DNA of 64,000 nt. Origin: Bacteroidota bacterium (GTDB lineage Bacteria; Bacteroidota; Bacteroidia; Palsa-948). Location of the stretch: positions 16,925 to 80,924 of the forward strand of contig JACQAL010000042.1 of the NCBI GenBank assembly GCA_016195025.1, written 5' to 3'. The notes beneath the pieces were generated by a model, which made no database searches, was not told the DNA's origin, and worked only from the letters and a program-made list of their open reading frames with translations. Positions 18,567-28,336 of the stretch are shown piece after piece; position 1 is the first letter of the stretch, and every line of letters begins with the position of its first letter. Both the position numbers and the translations under genes were made by a program.

Positions 18567-19460
18567 ATGGCAAAAGCAAAAAAGAAAAAGCCGGCAAAGG
18601 CGAAGGCAAAAAAAGCCAAAGCAAAAAAATCTTCTAAGAAAAAAGCAGCGAAGAAAAAAATATCTAAGAAGGTTGCGAAGAAAAAAGCAGCGAAGAAAAA
18701 AGCAACAAAAAAAGTTAAGAAGGTTAAAGCAAGAAAAGTTGCAAAGAAAAAAGCATCTAAGAAAATTAAGGCGAGAAAAGTTAAAGCGAAGAAATCCGCA
18801 AAGAAAGTTTCCGCAAAAACAAAACCGGTTGCCAAGAAGGAGAGCAAAATTTCTGATACGATTATTGACATCAAGCCAATTTCTTTTCCAAAGCCGATTG
18901 CAAGCGAAAAACCGGAGAAAGAAAAAAAGAAAACCAAAGAAGAATTGGAGGAGGAACGCGAACTTATGGGAGATGAAAACTATTCATGGGAGAATAGCAA
19001 TTTTGGCGATATGAAATCGTATGAGCCCGCGCCTGTCTTCAGAAAACCTGAACCTCCCCAGCCGAAATTCAAAGGAAAAAAAGACAGCCGCACGCGGTAT
19101 TCAGATAAAGAACTTGCAGAGTTCAAGGGAATCATTCACGAAAAAATTACAGAGGCAGAACGCGATTATGAACTTTTGAAAAATACCCTCGCGCACCGCG
19201 ATGAGCAGGGAACGGATGATACTTCTCCTACGTTTAAAGTTCTGGAAGACGGTTCAGACGCAATGTCGCGCGAGGAAATTGCGCAACTTGCTTCCCGCCA
19301 GGAAAAACATATTCAGAATTTAAGAAATGCTCTCATACGAATTGAAAATAAAACGTACGGAATCTGCCGCGTGACAGGAAAATTAATTCCGAAAGAAAGA
19401 TTGCGCAGCGTTCCGCACGCAACGCTCAGCATTGAAGCCAAGTTAATGCAGAATAGTTAG
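18567..19460 (+). CDS. TraR/DksA-family regulator with long K/A-rich histone-H1-like N-terminal extension
   Basis: C-terminal ~120 aa match the DksA/TraR fold (..ELL..L..R....GTYGICRVTGKLIPKERL...P.A..). N-terminal ~100 aa are KKAAKK-type low-complexity repeats. Conserved ileS-dksA-lspA neighbourhood. Confidence 0.7.
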   Translation: MAKAKKKKPAKAKAKKAKAKKSSKKKAAKKKISKKVAKKKAAKKKATKKVKKVKARKVAKKKASKKIKARKVKAKKSAKKVSAKTKPVAKKESKISDTIIDIKPISFPKPIASEKPEKEKKKTKEELEEERELMGDENYSWENSNFGDMKSYEPAPVFRKPEPPQPKFKGKKDSRTRYSDKELAEFKGIIHEKITEAERDYELLKNTLAHRDEQGTDDTSPTFKVLEDGSDAMSREEIAQLASRQEKHIQNLRNALIRIENKTYGICRVTGKLIPKERLRSVPHATLSIEAKLMQNS

Positions 19461-19526
19461 TAGTTCGTTGTCAGTGGTTAGTTGAAGCAACTGACAACTT
19501 TCCACTGACAACTAACAAATCCCCCT

Positions 19527-20177
19527 GTGAAAAGAGCAGCATTCATTGTATTTATAGTTTTAGCAATTGACCAATTCGTCAAAATCTGGATTAAGACGCA
19601 CATGACGCTGGGCGAACAAATTTCTGTCATTGAAAATTTTTTCTACATCCACTTCACCGAAAATTATGGTATGGCTTTCGGGCTGGAACTCGAAGGCACT
19701 TACGGAAAATTATTGCTGAGTTTGTTCCGCATACTCGCTGTGTTCGGAATAGGCTGGTATTTATTCATCCTCGTAAAACAAAAAGCGCATCGTGGACTTA
19801 TCTTCAGCATTTCATTAATCATGGCTGGCGCAATTGGAAATATTTTGGACAGCGCTTTCTACGGTTTGATTTTTTCTGAAAGCACTCCGATGGATGCGGC
19901 TACCATTCTTCCTGCTGAAGGCGGCTACGCAGGATTTCTTCACGGAGCAGTGGTGGATATGTTTTATTTCTACACGCATCTTGAACATGTTTTCTGGAGC
20001 AAGGAACCGTTTACTTTTTCATTTCCTATTTTTAATATTTCTGATTCGGCTATTACGATTGGAGTGATTATCATTTTAATTTTTCAGAGAAGATTTTTCA
20101 GGAAGGAGGTACAGATAACAGATGCACCCGGATTTACAGATGATAAAGACAATGCATCTTCTTCTGTAAATCCGTAA
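19527..20177 (+). CDS. lspA: lipoprotein signal peptidase II
   Basis: 216 aa, 4 TM. Conserved NxGAAFG-like and D..VVD.F motifs (NYGMAFG, VVDMFYF). Confidence 0.9.
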   Translation: MKRAAFIVFIVLAIDQFVKIWIKTHMTLGEQISVIENFFYIHFTENYGMAFGLELEGTYGKLLLSLFRILAVFGIGWYLFILVKQKAHRGLIFSISLIMAGAIGNILDSAFYGLIFSESTPMDAATILPAEGGYAGFLHGAVVDMFYFYTHLEHVFWSKEPFTFSFPIFNISDSAITIGVIIILIFQRRFFRKEVQITDAPGFTDDKDNASSSVNP

Positions 20178-20195
20178 TAAATCTGTTATCTGCAC

Positions 20196-20831
20196 ATGGG
20201 AAAAAAAATCAAACGGAAATATTATGTTGTCTGGAAAGGAAAAGAAAGAGGCGTGTTTGATTCGTGGGAAGAATGTAAAAAGCAAATTCAGAATTTTACA
20301 GGAGCGCAATATAAATCTTTCAGCACAAAAGAAATTGCTGAACGCGCGTTTGAAAAATCTTCTAAGGAATTTATTGGCAAAAAAATTTTTCAATCAGAAC
20401 TTTCTGCTGAACAACTTGCGCGGCTCGGAAAACAGAAAGAAGAAAGCATTTGCGTGGATGCTGCTTACAACGGAAAGGAAATGGAATACAAAGGAGTTTA
20501 CACAAAAACAAAACAGGAATTATTCAAGTCGGGAATTTTTGAAGATGCTACGAACAACATAGGAGAATTTCTCGCCATCATCCATGCTCTCGGCTATTTG
20601 AAAAAACAAAAATCATCCGCGCCTGTTTATTCCGACAGCATGACTGCCATTCACTGGGTGAAACTCGGGCATGCCAATACAAAACTCAAAGCAACTCCTG
20701 CCAACAAATCACTTTTCTATTTAATCGAGCGTGCTGAGAAGTGGCTGAGAGAAAATAAATATCCGAATAGATTATTAAAATGGGAAACGAAAGCATGGGG
20801 AGAAAATCCTGCTGACTTTGGAAGAAAATAA
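20196..20831 (+). CDS. rnhA: ribonuclease H with N-terminal hybrid-binding (caulimovirus viroplasmin-like) domain
   Basis: N-terminal YYVVWKG..GVF.SWEEC..Q...GAQYK.F domain followed by an RNase H catalytic core (D..AYNG, E, ..SDS.., D). Confidence 0.8.
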   Translation: MGKKIKRKYYVVWKGKERGVFDSWEECKKQIQNFTGAQYKSFSTKEIAERAFEKSSKEFIGKKIFQSELSAEQLARLGKQKEESICVDAAYNGKEMEYKGVYTKTKQELFKSGIFEDATNNIGEFLAIIHALGYLKKQKSSAPVYSDSMTAIHWVKLGHANTKLKATPANKSLFYLIERAEKWLRENKYPNRLLKWETKAWGENPADFGRK

Positions 20832-20832
20832 A

Positions 20833-22242
20833 TTATTTTTTTGATTTGAGAGTTTTTGAAAACTCTAACAACTCTTTCTCCCCAAATTTTTTCCCCATCA
20901 GTTGAATTCCAAAAGGAAGTCCGTCAGATTTTTTTCCAAGCGGAAGAGAAATTGCCGGAAGCCCCGTAAGATTTGCAAGCACCGTAAAAATATCTTCCAG
21001 GTACATTTGAATGGGGTCAGAAATATCTCCATGCTTGAAAGCGGAGTTGGGAGTTGTGGGGGAGAGAATGAAATCATACTCTTTCAAAATATCATTTGCT
21101 TTATCGCGCAAAACCCTTCGCACCTTTTGCGCTTTGGAATAATACGCATCGTAATATCCTGAACTCAACACAAAAGTTCCGAGCATAATTCTTCGCTTCA
21201 CTTCTTTTCCGAAACCTTCTGAGCGGGATTTTCTATAGGTAGATTCCAAATCGGTTGCGTTCTTGCTTCTGTATCCGTAGCGGATTCCATCAAACCGTGC
21301 GAGGTTGGAACTTGCTTCGGCAGTAGTCAAGACATAATAAGCAGGAACAAGATAATCGAGAAAAGGAAATTCTACCGGCTCAACTTTATGTCCTTCTTTT
21401 TTCAGTTGAGAAATAATTTCGAGCATTTGTTTTTTCACTTCGAAATTTAATCCCGGATGTTCAATGCAATCTTTTAGAAATGCAATTCGTTTTTTTTCTT
21501 TGCCGACTGCCAACTGCCGACTGCCAACTGCTGCCGTGCATGTGCTGTCAAACTCATCTGCTCCCGCAATCACTTCTAAAATTTTTTCCGTGTCCTCAAC
21601 ATTTTTTGTAAGCGGACCAATCTGGTCGAACGAAGAAGCATAGGCAATCAATCCCCAGCGGGAAACTTTTCCGTAAGTTGGTTTCAATCCCACCACTCCG
21701 CAAAAAGATGCGGGCTGGCGAATGCTTCCGCCTGTGTCGCTTCCAAGCGCAGCGTGACAAAGATTTGCCGCCACGGCAGCAGCGCTTCCTCCGGATGAAC
21801 CACCGGGAACTCTTGATTCATCAAAAGGATTTTTTACATTTCCATAGGCGGAATTTTCATTTGAACTTCCCATCGCGAATTCATCGCAGTTAGTTCTGCC
21901 GATGATGATCGCATCTTCATTCAGCAAACGCTCGACAACCGTTGCGCTGTAAAGCGAAGTAAAACCCTCCAGAATTTTTGATGAAGCGGAAACTTTATGG
22001 TCTTTGTAGCAGATGTTATCTTTAATGGCGATGACGAGCCCTGCTAATTTTCCCTGCGACTTATCTTTTATTTTTCTATCAACTTCATCTGCTTTTTTCA
22101 GAGCAGAATCTTTGAACACTTCCAGAAAAGCATTCAGATTTTTTTTCTCGCCAATGCGTTTGAGATAATCTCCGGTTAATTTTCGGCAGGAAGTTTTGCC
22201 GGAGAATAAATCTTTCTGAACTTCTGAAATGGAGGAATACAT
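20833..22242 (-). CDS. gatA: Asp-tRNA(Asn)/Glu-tRNA(Gln) amidotransferase subunit A
   Basis: Amidase signature GGSSGGSAAAVAA. 469 aa. Contains an in-frame (TGCCGACTGCCAAC)2 repeat encoding AAVGSRQLAVG after the conserved DST motif. Confidence 0.93.
   Translation of the reverse strand: MYSSISEVQKDLFSGKTSCRKLTGDYLKRIGEKKNLNAFLEVFKDSALKKADEVDRKIKDKSQGKLAGLVIAIKDNICYKDHKVSASSKILEGFTSLYSATVVERLLNEDAIIIGRTNCDEFAMGSSNENSAYGNVKNPFDESRVPGGSSGGSAAAVAANLCHAALGSDTGGSIRQPASFCGVVGLKPTYGKVSRWGLIAYASSFDQIGPLTKNVEDTEKILEVIAGADEFDSTCTAAVGSRQLAVGKEKKRIAFLKDCIEHPGLNFEVKKQMLEIISQLKKEGHKVEPVEFPFLDYLVPAYYVLTTAEASSNLARFDGIRYGYRSKNATDLESTYRKSRSEGFGKEVKRRIMLGTFVLSSGYYDAYYSKAQKVRRVLRDKANDILKEYDFILSPTTPNSAFKHGDISDPIQMYLEDIFTVLANLTGLPAISLPLGKKSDGLPFGIQLMGKKFGEKELLEFSKTLKSKK
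21501..21536. repeat. dispersed repeat family 4 ((TGCCGACTGCCAAC)n / CTGCCAACTGCC)
   Basis: In frame inside gatA. Related copies at 22555-22620 (intergenic sod-tatA), 36040-36080 (signal-peptide codons of the PKD protein) and 38577-38596. Confidence 0.75.
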
Positions 22243-22326
22243 TTATCGGATATTTGAAAAGTCATGCTGAACTTGTTTCAGCATCCGTATAGATTCCGAA
22301 ACAAGTTCGGAATGACAGCCGAAAAA

Positions 22327-22515
22327 TTATTTCTGTTCTTCTTTCTTCTCGTTGTCAACTCCGTCTTTCGCGTCTTTGAATTCTTTCATTCCTTTTCCGA
22401 GCCCGCGCATGAGTTCAGGAATTTTTTTTCCTCCGAAGAGAAGCAGAACAACAATAACAATGAGAATGATTTCGGTGGTGCCGAGCATTCCAAGCAATAT
22501 AGTGGCAGTTGTCAT
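22327..22515 (-). CDS. tatA: twin-arginine translocase subunit TatA/E
   Basis: Single TM plus amphipathic helix (..[26 protein letters not shown]..). The N-terminal extension in the ORF track is encoded by a repeat element and is probably not translated. Confidence 0.8.
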   Translation of the reverse strand: MTTATILLGMLGTTEIILIVIVVLLLFGGKKIPELMRGLGKGMKEFKDAKDGVDNEKKEEQK

Positions 22516-22611
22516 AGTGAAAAATTTATGAGCGAAGATAAGAATAAAATACAAGTGGCAGTAGGCAGTTGCAGTAGCAGGATTTTTTACTGCCAACTGC
22601 CGCTGCTACCG

Positions 22612-23370
22612 CTACTTGCCTTCAAATTTCTTTTGCGCTTCTTCCCAGTTTACAACGTTCCACCAGTTGGAAATATAATCTGCGCGTTTGTTTTGATATT
22701 TCAAATAGTATGCGTGTTCCCAAACATCCAGACCAAGAATCAGATTTCCCTTCAACTCTGAAATATCCATCAGAGGATTATCCTGATTTGGAGTTGAACC
22801 GATTTCTAATTTTCCATCCTTATTTATAACAAGCCACGCCCAGCCAGAACCAAAAACTTTTGTGGCTGTTTCAGAAAATTTTGTTTTGAAATTATCGAAT
22901 GAAGTAAAAGTAGATTTAATTATATCATTTAATTTTCCCGAAGGTTCATTCGCAGAAGAAGGTGAAAGCACAGAACCTTTGTTCGGCTTCATCCATTTCC
23001 AGAAGAGCGAATGATTGTAATGCCCGCCACCATTATTTCTAACAGCAGCAGAATATTTCGAAACATTTTTACAAATTTCATCGAGAGAAAGTCCGCTGAG
23101 TTTTGCATCTGCTAATGCTTTATTCAGTTTATCAACGTATGCCTGGTGATGTTTCGTGTGATGAAGTTCCATTGTTTGTTTATCAATGAAAGGTTCGAGC
23201 GCATCGTAAGCGTAAGGTAAAAGTGGAAGCGTGAACATATTGTCTTCCGGAATTCCGCTTTCGGAGAAATTATTTTCTTCTCCGAAAGATTTGTTCAGGA
23301 GTGTAAGTCCAACTCCTGCGAGCGTAACTTTTTTCAGAAACTCTCTGCGGTTTGAATTTTCTTTTTTCAT
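22612..23370 (-). CDS. Fe/Mn superoxide dismutase with twin-arginine signal peptide
   Basis: N-terminal [15 protein letters not shown]at motif, then a canonical Fe/Mn-SOD core ([10 protein letters not shown] ... DVWEHAYY). Confidence 0.9.
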   Translation of the reverse strand: MKKENSNRREFLKKVTLAGVGLTLLNKSFGEENNFSESGIPEDNMFTLPLLPYAYDALEPFIDKQTMELHHTKHHQAYVDKLNKALADAKLSGLSLDEICKNVSKYSAAVRNNGGGHYNHSLFWKWMKPNKGSVLSPSSANEPSGKLNDIIKSTFTSFDNFKTKFSETATKVFGSGWAWLVINKDGKLEIGSTPNQDNPLMDISELKGNLILGLDVWEHAYYLKYQNKRADYISNWWNVVNWEEAQKKFEGK

Positions 23371-23382
23371 TTGAAAATATTT

Positions 23383-23844
23383 TTATGCTGCATCCGGAAT
23401 TTCGGGCTCAACTAACTTTTTCAATTTATCCAAAGATTCCTGCCATCCCAGATAACACATTTCTGTTGGTATAGCGGAAGGAATTCCCTCCTGAATAACT
23501 TTTAGTTCCGTGCCGCAGGAAACTTTTTTAAGCCAAATTGAAGTCGTCATTTCACCGGGCAAATTCGGGTCGTCAAATTTATCACTGTGCTTTATGAATT
23601 CATTCGGTTTTATTTCCAGGAATTTTCCTCCGAAGGAATGTCCGTTGCCGGTGGAAAAATTTATGAAAGACATTTTATAACTGCCTCCCGCTTTAAAATC
23701 CAATTGATGAACCACGCCTAAATATCCGTAAGGAGGAAGCCAAAACGCCTGAGCATTGGGATCGGAAAAGGCGCGGAAAACTTTTTCGGGAGCCGCTTTC
23801 AAAACCCTGTGTAATGTTACGCTGCCGCTGCTGTTGTTTGTCAT
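23383..23844 (-). CDS. SRPBCC-superfamily protein (AHSA1/Aha1-like)
   Basis: 153 aa with polyketide-cyclase/Aha1-like architecture (..PE.VF.AFSDP.....W....). Confidence 0.7.
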   Translation of the reverse strand: MTNNSSGSVTLHRVLKAAPEKVFRAFSDPNAQAFWLPPYGYLGVVHQLDFKAGGSYKMSFINFSTGNGHSFGGKFLEIKPNEFIKHSDKFDDPNLPGEMTTSIWLKKVSCGTELKVIQEGIPSAIPTEMCYLGWQESLDKLKKLVEPEIPDAA

Positions 23845-23879
23845 TTTCGTATTGTTCGTAAGATTTCGTTTTTCGAAGA

Positions 23880-24347
23880 TTACGCGAAGCTAATCATTAC
23901 CTGATTTTTCTCAATCGCATCTCCTTTTTTAATATGAACTTTTTTTATGCTTCCTTCTGTTGGAGATTTAATTATGTTTTCCATTTTCATCGCCTGCAGA
24001 ACAATTAATCCATCGTCTTTTTTCACAGCATCACCTTCTTTCACGCGAACATCAACCACTAAACCGGGCATTGGTGCTTTTACTTCTTTTACTTTTTTGG
24101 TTGACGCATTGTCTATTCCCAATTCTTTTAACAATTCATCGTATTTATCTTTTAATTGAACTGTGTATTTGTTTCCGTTTATGCGAATGACAAAACTTTT
24201 TTCTTCTTTGTTTGCTTTCAGAACTTCGGCATTGTAAGATTTATTGTCTTTGATGATATGAAAAATACCCTGTTTGATTTCAACTATATCAAAATCTTTT
24301 TCTCCTTCCAAAACAAAATCATATTTGTTATTTACTTTGGCTTTCAT
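23880..24347 (-). CDS. biotin/lipoyl-attachment domain protein (biotin carboxyl carrier-like)
   Basis: C-terminal biotinyl domain with the AMKMEN motif (LQAMKMENIIKSP). Start taken at MKAKVNN to abut the upstream gene. Confidence 0.75.
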   Translation of the reverse strand: MKAKVNNKYDFVLEGEKDFDIVEIKQGIFHIIKDNKSYNAEVLKANKEEKSFVIRINGNKYTVQLKDKYDELLKELGIDNASTKKVKEVKAPMPGLVVDVRVKEGDAVKKDDGLIVLQAMKMENIIKSPTEGSIKKVHIKKGDAIEKNQVMISFA

Positions 24348-26473
24348 CGGGAGATAATTAATTTTTCTGTTTTGGAAAATTCTCCGTTTGTGATTCTGCA
24401 AAAATAAATTCCTTGCCCCAGCCCTAAAGGGAGTGTGATTTCAGTTTCTGATTTTACGGTTTGAGATTCAAAAATAAATTCACCATAAATATTAAAAACT
24501 TTAATTGCTGTTTGACTGCCGCTGCTTCCAACTGCCACTTTGAATTTGCCGTTTGATGGATTCGGATAAATCGTAAAATCATTTTCCAGAGAAATATTTT
24601 CTGCAGAAGTAACTGAAGAAGTTGTGTCCGCAAACTTTGAAAGTAATTTCACATACGCAGCATTTACATAAATCCCCACTTCAGAAATCTGCCAGGAGTT
24701 TTCGGGAAAGGAAGTGTTCCAGTCTTTATAACTTTTCTGAACGGGTTGATTTTGCGGAGGGGCAAGCGTTGGGCCTGTATAAGAAGCATCGGGAGCGAAA
24801 TCTTTGTCCACGCCAGCGGGAATAAATCCGGGCGGAGGACCAACGTAAGGAGAAACTCCTCCATCGAACGCAGTTCCATCACCAAACCATCCGTGATAAA
24901 TTTCGTGTGTGAAAAAATCTCCGCCAAAAGAATTTGCATTCGTCATAAAAACATTTCCGTGCGGATTCATTCCGTGGATGTAATGAATGTAACCTTCCGC
25001 GGCATTCCTATATTTTGTTTGATTCGCTGCATCCAGATTATATTGCACCATATTATATAGGATGGAACCCGTCTCACACTTGAACTGATTATTTCCCCAC
25101 ACATAATCGTTGTCCTGCATCTGCGCCATGTAAGCGTCCGTTTGGTTATTGTACGCAGGAAGCATTCCGGCATTGTTGGAAGAAGTTGAAGAGATGCAAT
25201 TATTTTTTATCGCGTTCACCACGCTTGCAGTTGCTCCTGTTGTTTTGCAATAATAAAGAAGCGCATCCTGATAAGGAGATTCAAACGGATACCAATACGT
25301 CCATTGCATCGGTTGAATATTATAATTGTTGTCAATAAAAGTTTTGTAAGAAGAATTTCCTGTTGCAGCGAAAAGATAAATCGCTGCAGTTAACGAATGA
25401 GCATCCTGATCGTAATTTGAAACTTCAGGATTTGCGCTGGAGAAACCGGAATTATTATAGTTGGAATATCCCGGAGTATTCTGAAGCCAAGTCCACGCGA
25501 GTTGCGCTTTTGCAAGAAGTGTATTCGCATACGATTGCAAAGAAGGAATCGTGTTGTAAATTAAATATGCGTGCGCGAACAAACTTGCTGCTGTTCTTGT
25601 TGCGGATGATTGAGCAGGACCATAAAACCGTTGCGGAGTGTCGGTGCTCGGAGGCGAACCGCCCGTAAATCCCTGCGTGGAAACTTTCATCAGTTCGCTT
25701 CCATCGCTGTTCTGCATTTTCAAAAGCCAGTCGAGTTCATATTTTGTTTCATCGAGAATATCAGGAACTCCGTTTCCGCTTTCGGGAATGTTGTAATTAT
25801 CTTTGAAAACTTTTGGGTTCTGTTCATATGCATCCAGCAAATAATTTACCGTTGCGAAACAAAAGTTAGTGTACTTGTTGTAATCTCCTGCATCGTGCCA
25901 TCCACCTGATAAATCTTTTTCGAGAGAAGAATTGCTCGGCTGTGTAACATCGCGGCATTTTAAATCCTGCATTGTTCCTTCGTGGCAAATCACATCGGTG
26001 TAATTTGTTCCGGCATACTGCGAAGTTTTTGCCATTCCGCAGCGCTGGTAATAAAAAAACCTCAGCGCGTGCTTCAGTGCATCATTGTAAACATCATTAC
26101 GAATCGAAAAAGTATAAGAGCGTTTATTATTTGTCGCATCATATATATAGTAATCATCTGGCGTAGTCACAGAAGAAAAATCAAACCACCAGCATTTATC
26201 TCCGCTCTGCATGTGAGTTGCGCCACTATTCCAGGCAACAGGCGTTCCGGAAAAAATAGAAGTGTTGTTTGATTGCTTTCTTACTTCCAACGTATTTCCC
26301 GGAGTGTAAGGACTTGGAGCATTGTAACCCGTTTGCGGATTCGAGATGACACAAATTTTTCTGTCGTTCGGCTGGTAGCCGATTTGGTCTAACTTGAAAT
26401 GGTCATCTATACTTTGAGAATAAGCAAGAGAAAAAATTTCAAGGCAAACAAAAAGTAAAAAATATTTTTTCAT
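24344..26473 (-). CDS. glycoside hydrolase family 9 endoglucanase with T9SS C-terminal sorting domain
   Basis: Signal peptide. GH9 signature region (GGWHDAGDYNKY). C-terminal ~80 aa Por-secretion-tail-like domain (..TIYPNPSNGKF..GIYFCRI..). Confidence 0.85.
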   Translation of the reverse strand: MKKYFLLFVCLEIFSLAYSQSIDDHFKLDQIGYQPNDRKICVISNPQTGYNAPSPYTPGNTLEVRKQSNNTSIFSGTPVAWNSGATHMQSGDKCWWFDFSSVTTPDDYYIYDATNNKRSYTFSIRNDVYNDALKHALRFFYYQRCGMAKTSQYAGTNYTDVICHEGTMQDLKCRDVTQPSNSSLEKDLSGGWHDAGDYNKYTNFCFATVNYLLDAYEQNPKVFKDNYNIPESGNGVPDILDETKYELDWLLKMQNSDGSELMKVSTQGFTGGSPPSTDTPQRFYGPAQSSATRTAASLFAHAYLIYNTIPSLQSYANTLLAKAQLAWTWLQNTPGYSNYNNSGFSSANPEVSNYDQDAHSLTAAIYLFAATGNSSYKTFIDNNYNIQPMQWTYWYPFESPYQDALLYYCKTTGATASVVNAIKNNCISSTSSNNAGMLPAYNNQTDAYMAQMQDNDYVWGNNQFKCETGSILYNMVQYNLDAANQTKYRNAAEGYIHYIHGMNPHGNVFMTNANSFGGDFFTHEIYHGWFGDGTAFDGGVSPYVGPPPGFIPAGVDKDFAPDASYTGPTLAPPQNQPVQKSYKDWNTSFPENSWQISEVGIYVNAAYVKLLSKFADTTSSVTSAENISLENDFTIYPNPSNGKFKVAVGSSGSQTAIKVFNIYGEFIFESQTVKSETEITLPLGLGQGIYFCRITNGEFSKTEKLIISR

Positions 26474-26594
26474 AAAATGTTTTCAAACCTACGTAAAATT
26501 TTTTACTTGCCTTTTGAATGCTGTTAATAAATAGTTTACTCAGGAATATGCGAGAATAATACTTTCGCTCACAAACCTTTAAATAAATTAAAAT

Positions 26595-27032
26595 ATGAAA
26601 AAGACAAAAATGGTAATTTTCACATTGATACTCGCAATCGGGTTTTCAAGTTGCACATTAAACAGCAGAATGATGCGTGAGCCAAATGCGCGCATGGAAT
26701 GGAAAAAAGATGACTTTACTTTTTCCGCACAGGTAACGGGCGAGGCCACTTCCACAAAAATTATTGGAATTGATTTTGCCCGCTTGTTTAAAAAAGACGT
26801 GGGCAGCACTCAGGGCGGAGAAGTTTCTGCAGGCATTCCCATTATTGGTCCTATCTTGCAGAAATTTATTGGCGATAAAACCGTTTCCTATGCTATATAT
26901 GACATGATGCAAAAAAATCAGGGATACGATGTAATATTATACCCGTCTGTTGAAATACACAAAACAGGTATTCCAATAATTTATACTACCACTAAAGCGA
27001 AAGTTGCAGCACGTCTCGGTAAACTGAAGTAA
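26595..27032 (+). CDS. hypothetical lipoprotein
   Basis: Lipobox (LAIGFSSC) after the signal peptide. 145 aa. Followed by a bidirectional terminator hairpin. Confidence 0.5.
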   Translation: MKKTKMVIFTLILAIGFSSCTLNSRMMREPNARMEWKKDDFTFSAQVTGEATSTKIIGIDFARLFKKDVGSTQGGEVSAGIPIIGPILQKFIGDKTVSYAIYDMMQKNQGYDVILYPSVEIHKTGIPIIYTTTKAKVAARLGKLK

Positions 27033-27094
27033 AAATATTGGGGAATTATTTTTTGGAAAGGAGGGATTATAGTATCTCTCCTTTTTATTTTTTA

Positions 27095-28336
27095 TCAACT
27101 AATAATTCCTGCAATGGTTGCTGATAAATAGGATGCGAGCGTTCCGCAGAGCAACGCTTTTAATCCAAGTTTTGCTAAATCCGCTCTGCGCTCAGGAGCC
27201 AGCGCACCGATTCCGCCAATCTGCATTCCCACGCTGCTGAAGTTTGCAAAACCGCAAATCGCTATGCTGATAATTAAATTTCCTTTCTCAGTCAGAATCG
27301 GAATAGAGTGGCTTGTAAGATTTTTAAATGCGACAAATTCATTGATGGTAAGTTTTTGTCCGAGCAGTGCGGCCGCGCTGTTCACATCCTGTATCGGAAT
27401 TCCCATTGACCACGCGAAAGGGAAAAATATTTTTCCGAAGAGATAATCAAGTGATAAAACAGTTTCTCCTATGTGAATATGCCCGAGAATCCAGTTGATG
27501 AGTGCAATCAGCGCAATGAAACCGATGAGCATTGCAATTACATTCATCGAAATCTTAAATCCGTCAGATGCCCCGTGTGTGATGGCGTCAATTAAATTAC
27601 TGTAAGAACTTTTCACATCCAGTTTTACTTTTCCCATTGTTTGCGATTCTTCTGTTTCAGGAAAAACAATTTTTGAAATCACCAGCGCGCCCGGTGCAGC
27701 CATCAAACTTGCAGCGATTAAATATTCTGCTTTCGCGCCCATGTTTGCGTACACAATTAAAATTCCTCCTGCGATGCAAGCTAAGCTTCCACTCATGGAT
27801 GCGAGCAGTTCACTTTTTGTCATTGTCGGCAGATACGGGCGAATCATCACCTGTGCTTCAACCTGTCCGACAAACGCACTCGCCACATTGCTCAATGATT
27901 CGGCACCGCTTACGCGCATGATGAAGTTCATTGCTTTTGCAATTACTGAAACCACCCGCTGCATAATTCCAAAATGATAAAGTATTGCAACGAGAATACA
28001 AACTAAAATTATTGTCGCAGTGATGTTGAAAGCGAAAACAAAAATGTGTGGCGCAGAATAATTTTGAACACTTCCTGCCGGGTCAACTGCGGCAATTCCT
28101 CCGTAAGCAAAATCAGCGCCTTGTTTTGCGAACTGTTCAATCTTTTCCATTCCTTTTCCGAGCAACTGGAAAAACTTTGTCACAGGTTCTACTTTGAGAA
28201 CTAAAATCGCTATGAGAATCTGCAACGCCACTCCGCTGATGACAAGGCGGAGATTAATTGCTTTGCGGTTGTTGGAAAATAAAAATGCGATTCCGAAAAT
28301 TAAAATTATTCCTATAAGTCCGGTAAATCTTTCCAT
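27095..28336 (-). CDS. concentrative nucleoside transporter (NupC/CNT family)
   Basis: 413 aa polytopic protein with CNT-family N- and C-terminal conserved regions. Confidence 0.88.
   Translation of the reverse strand: MERFTGLIGIILIFGIAFLFSNNRKAINLRLVISGVALQILIAILVLKVEPVTKFFQLLGKGMEKIEQFAKQGADFAYGGIAAVDPAGSVQNYSAPHIFVFAFNITATIILVCILVAILYHFGIMQRVVSVIAKAMNFIMRVSGAESLSNVASAFVGQVEAQVMIRPYLPTMTKSELLASMSGSLACIAGGILIVYANMGAKAEYLIAASLMAAPGALVISKIVFPETEESQTMGKVKLDVKSSYSNLIDAITHGASDGFKISMNVIAMLIGFIALIALINWILGHIHIGETVLSLDYLFGKIFFPFAWSMGIPIQDVNSAAALLGQKLTINEFVAFKNLTSHSIPILTEKGNLIISIAICGFANFSSVGMQIGGIGALAPERRADLAKLGLKALLCGTLASYLSATIAGIIS

Noticed and set aside
18479-19014. Overlapping ORFs on both strands across the K/A-rich region (113 aa +, 152 aa -)
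   Set aside because: Low-complexity AAG/AAA repeat DNA is open in all frames. Only the frame continuing into the DksA-like domain is credible.
22516-22596. N-terminal 27-aa extension of TatA in the ORF track
   Set aside because: Encoded by the CTGCCAACTGCC repeat hairpin between sod and tatA. Canonical TatA starts at the internal Met just before the TM helix.
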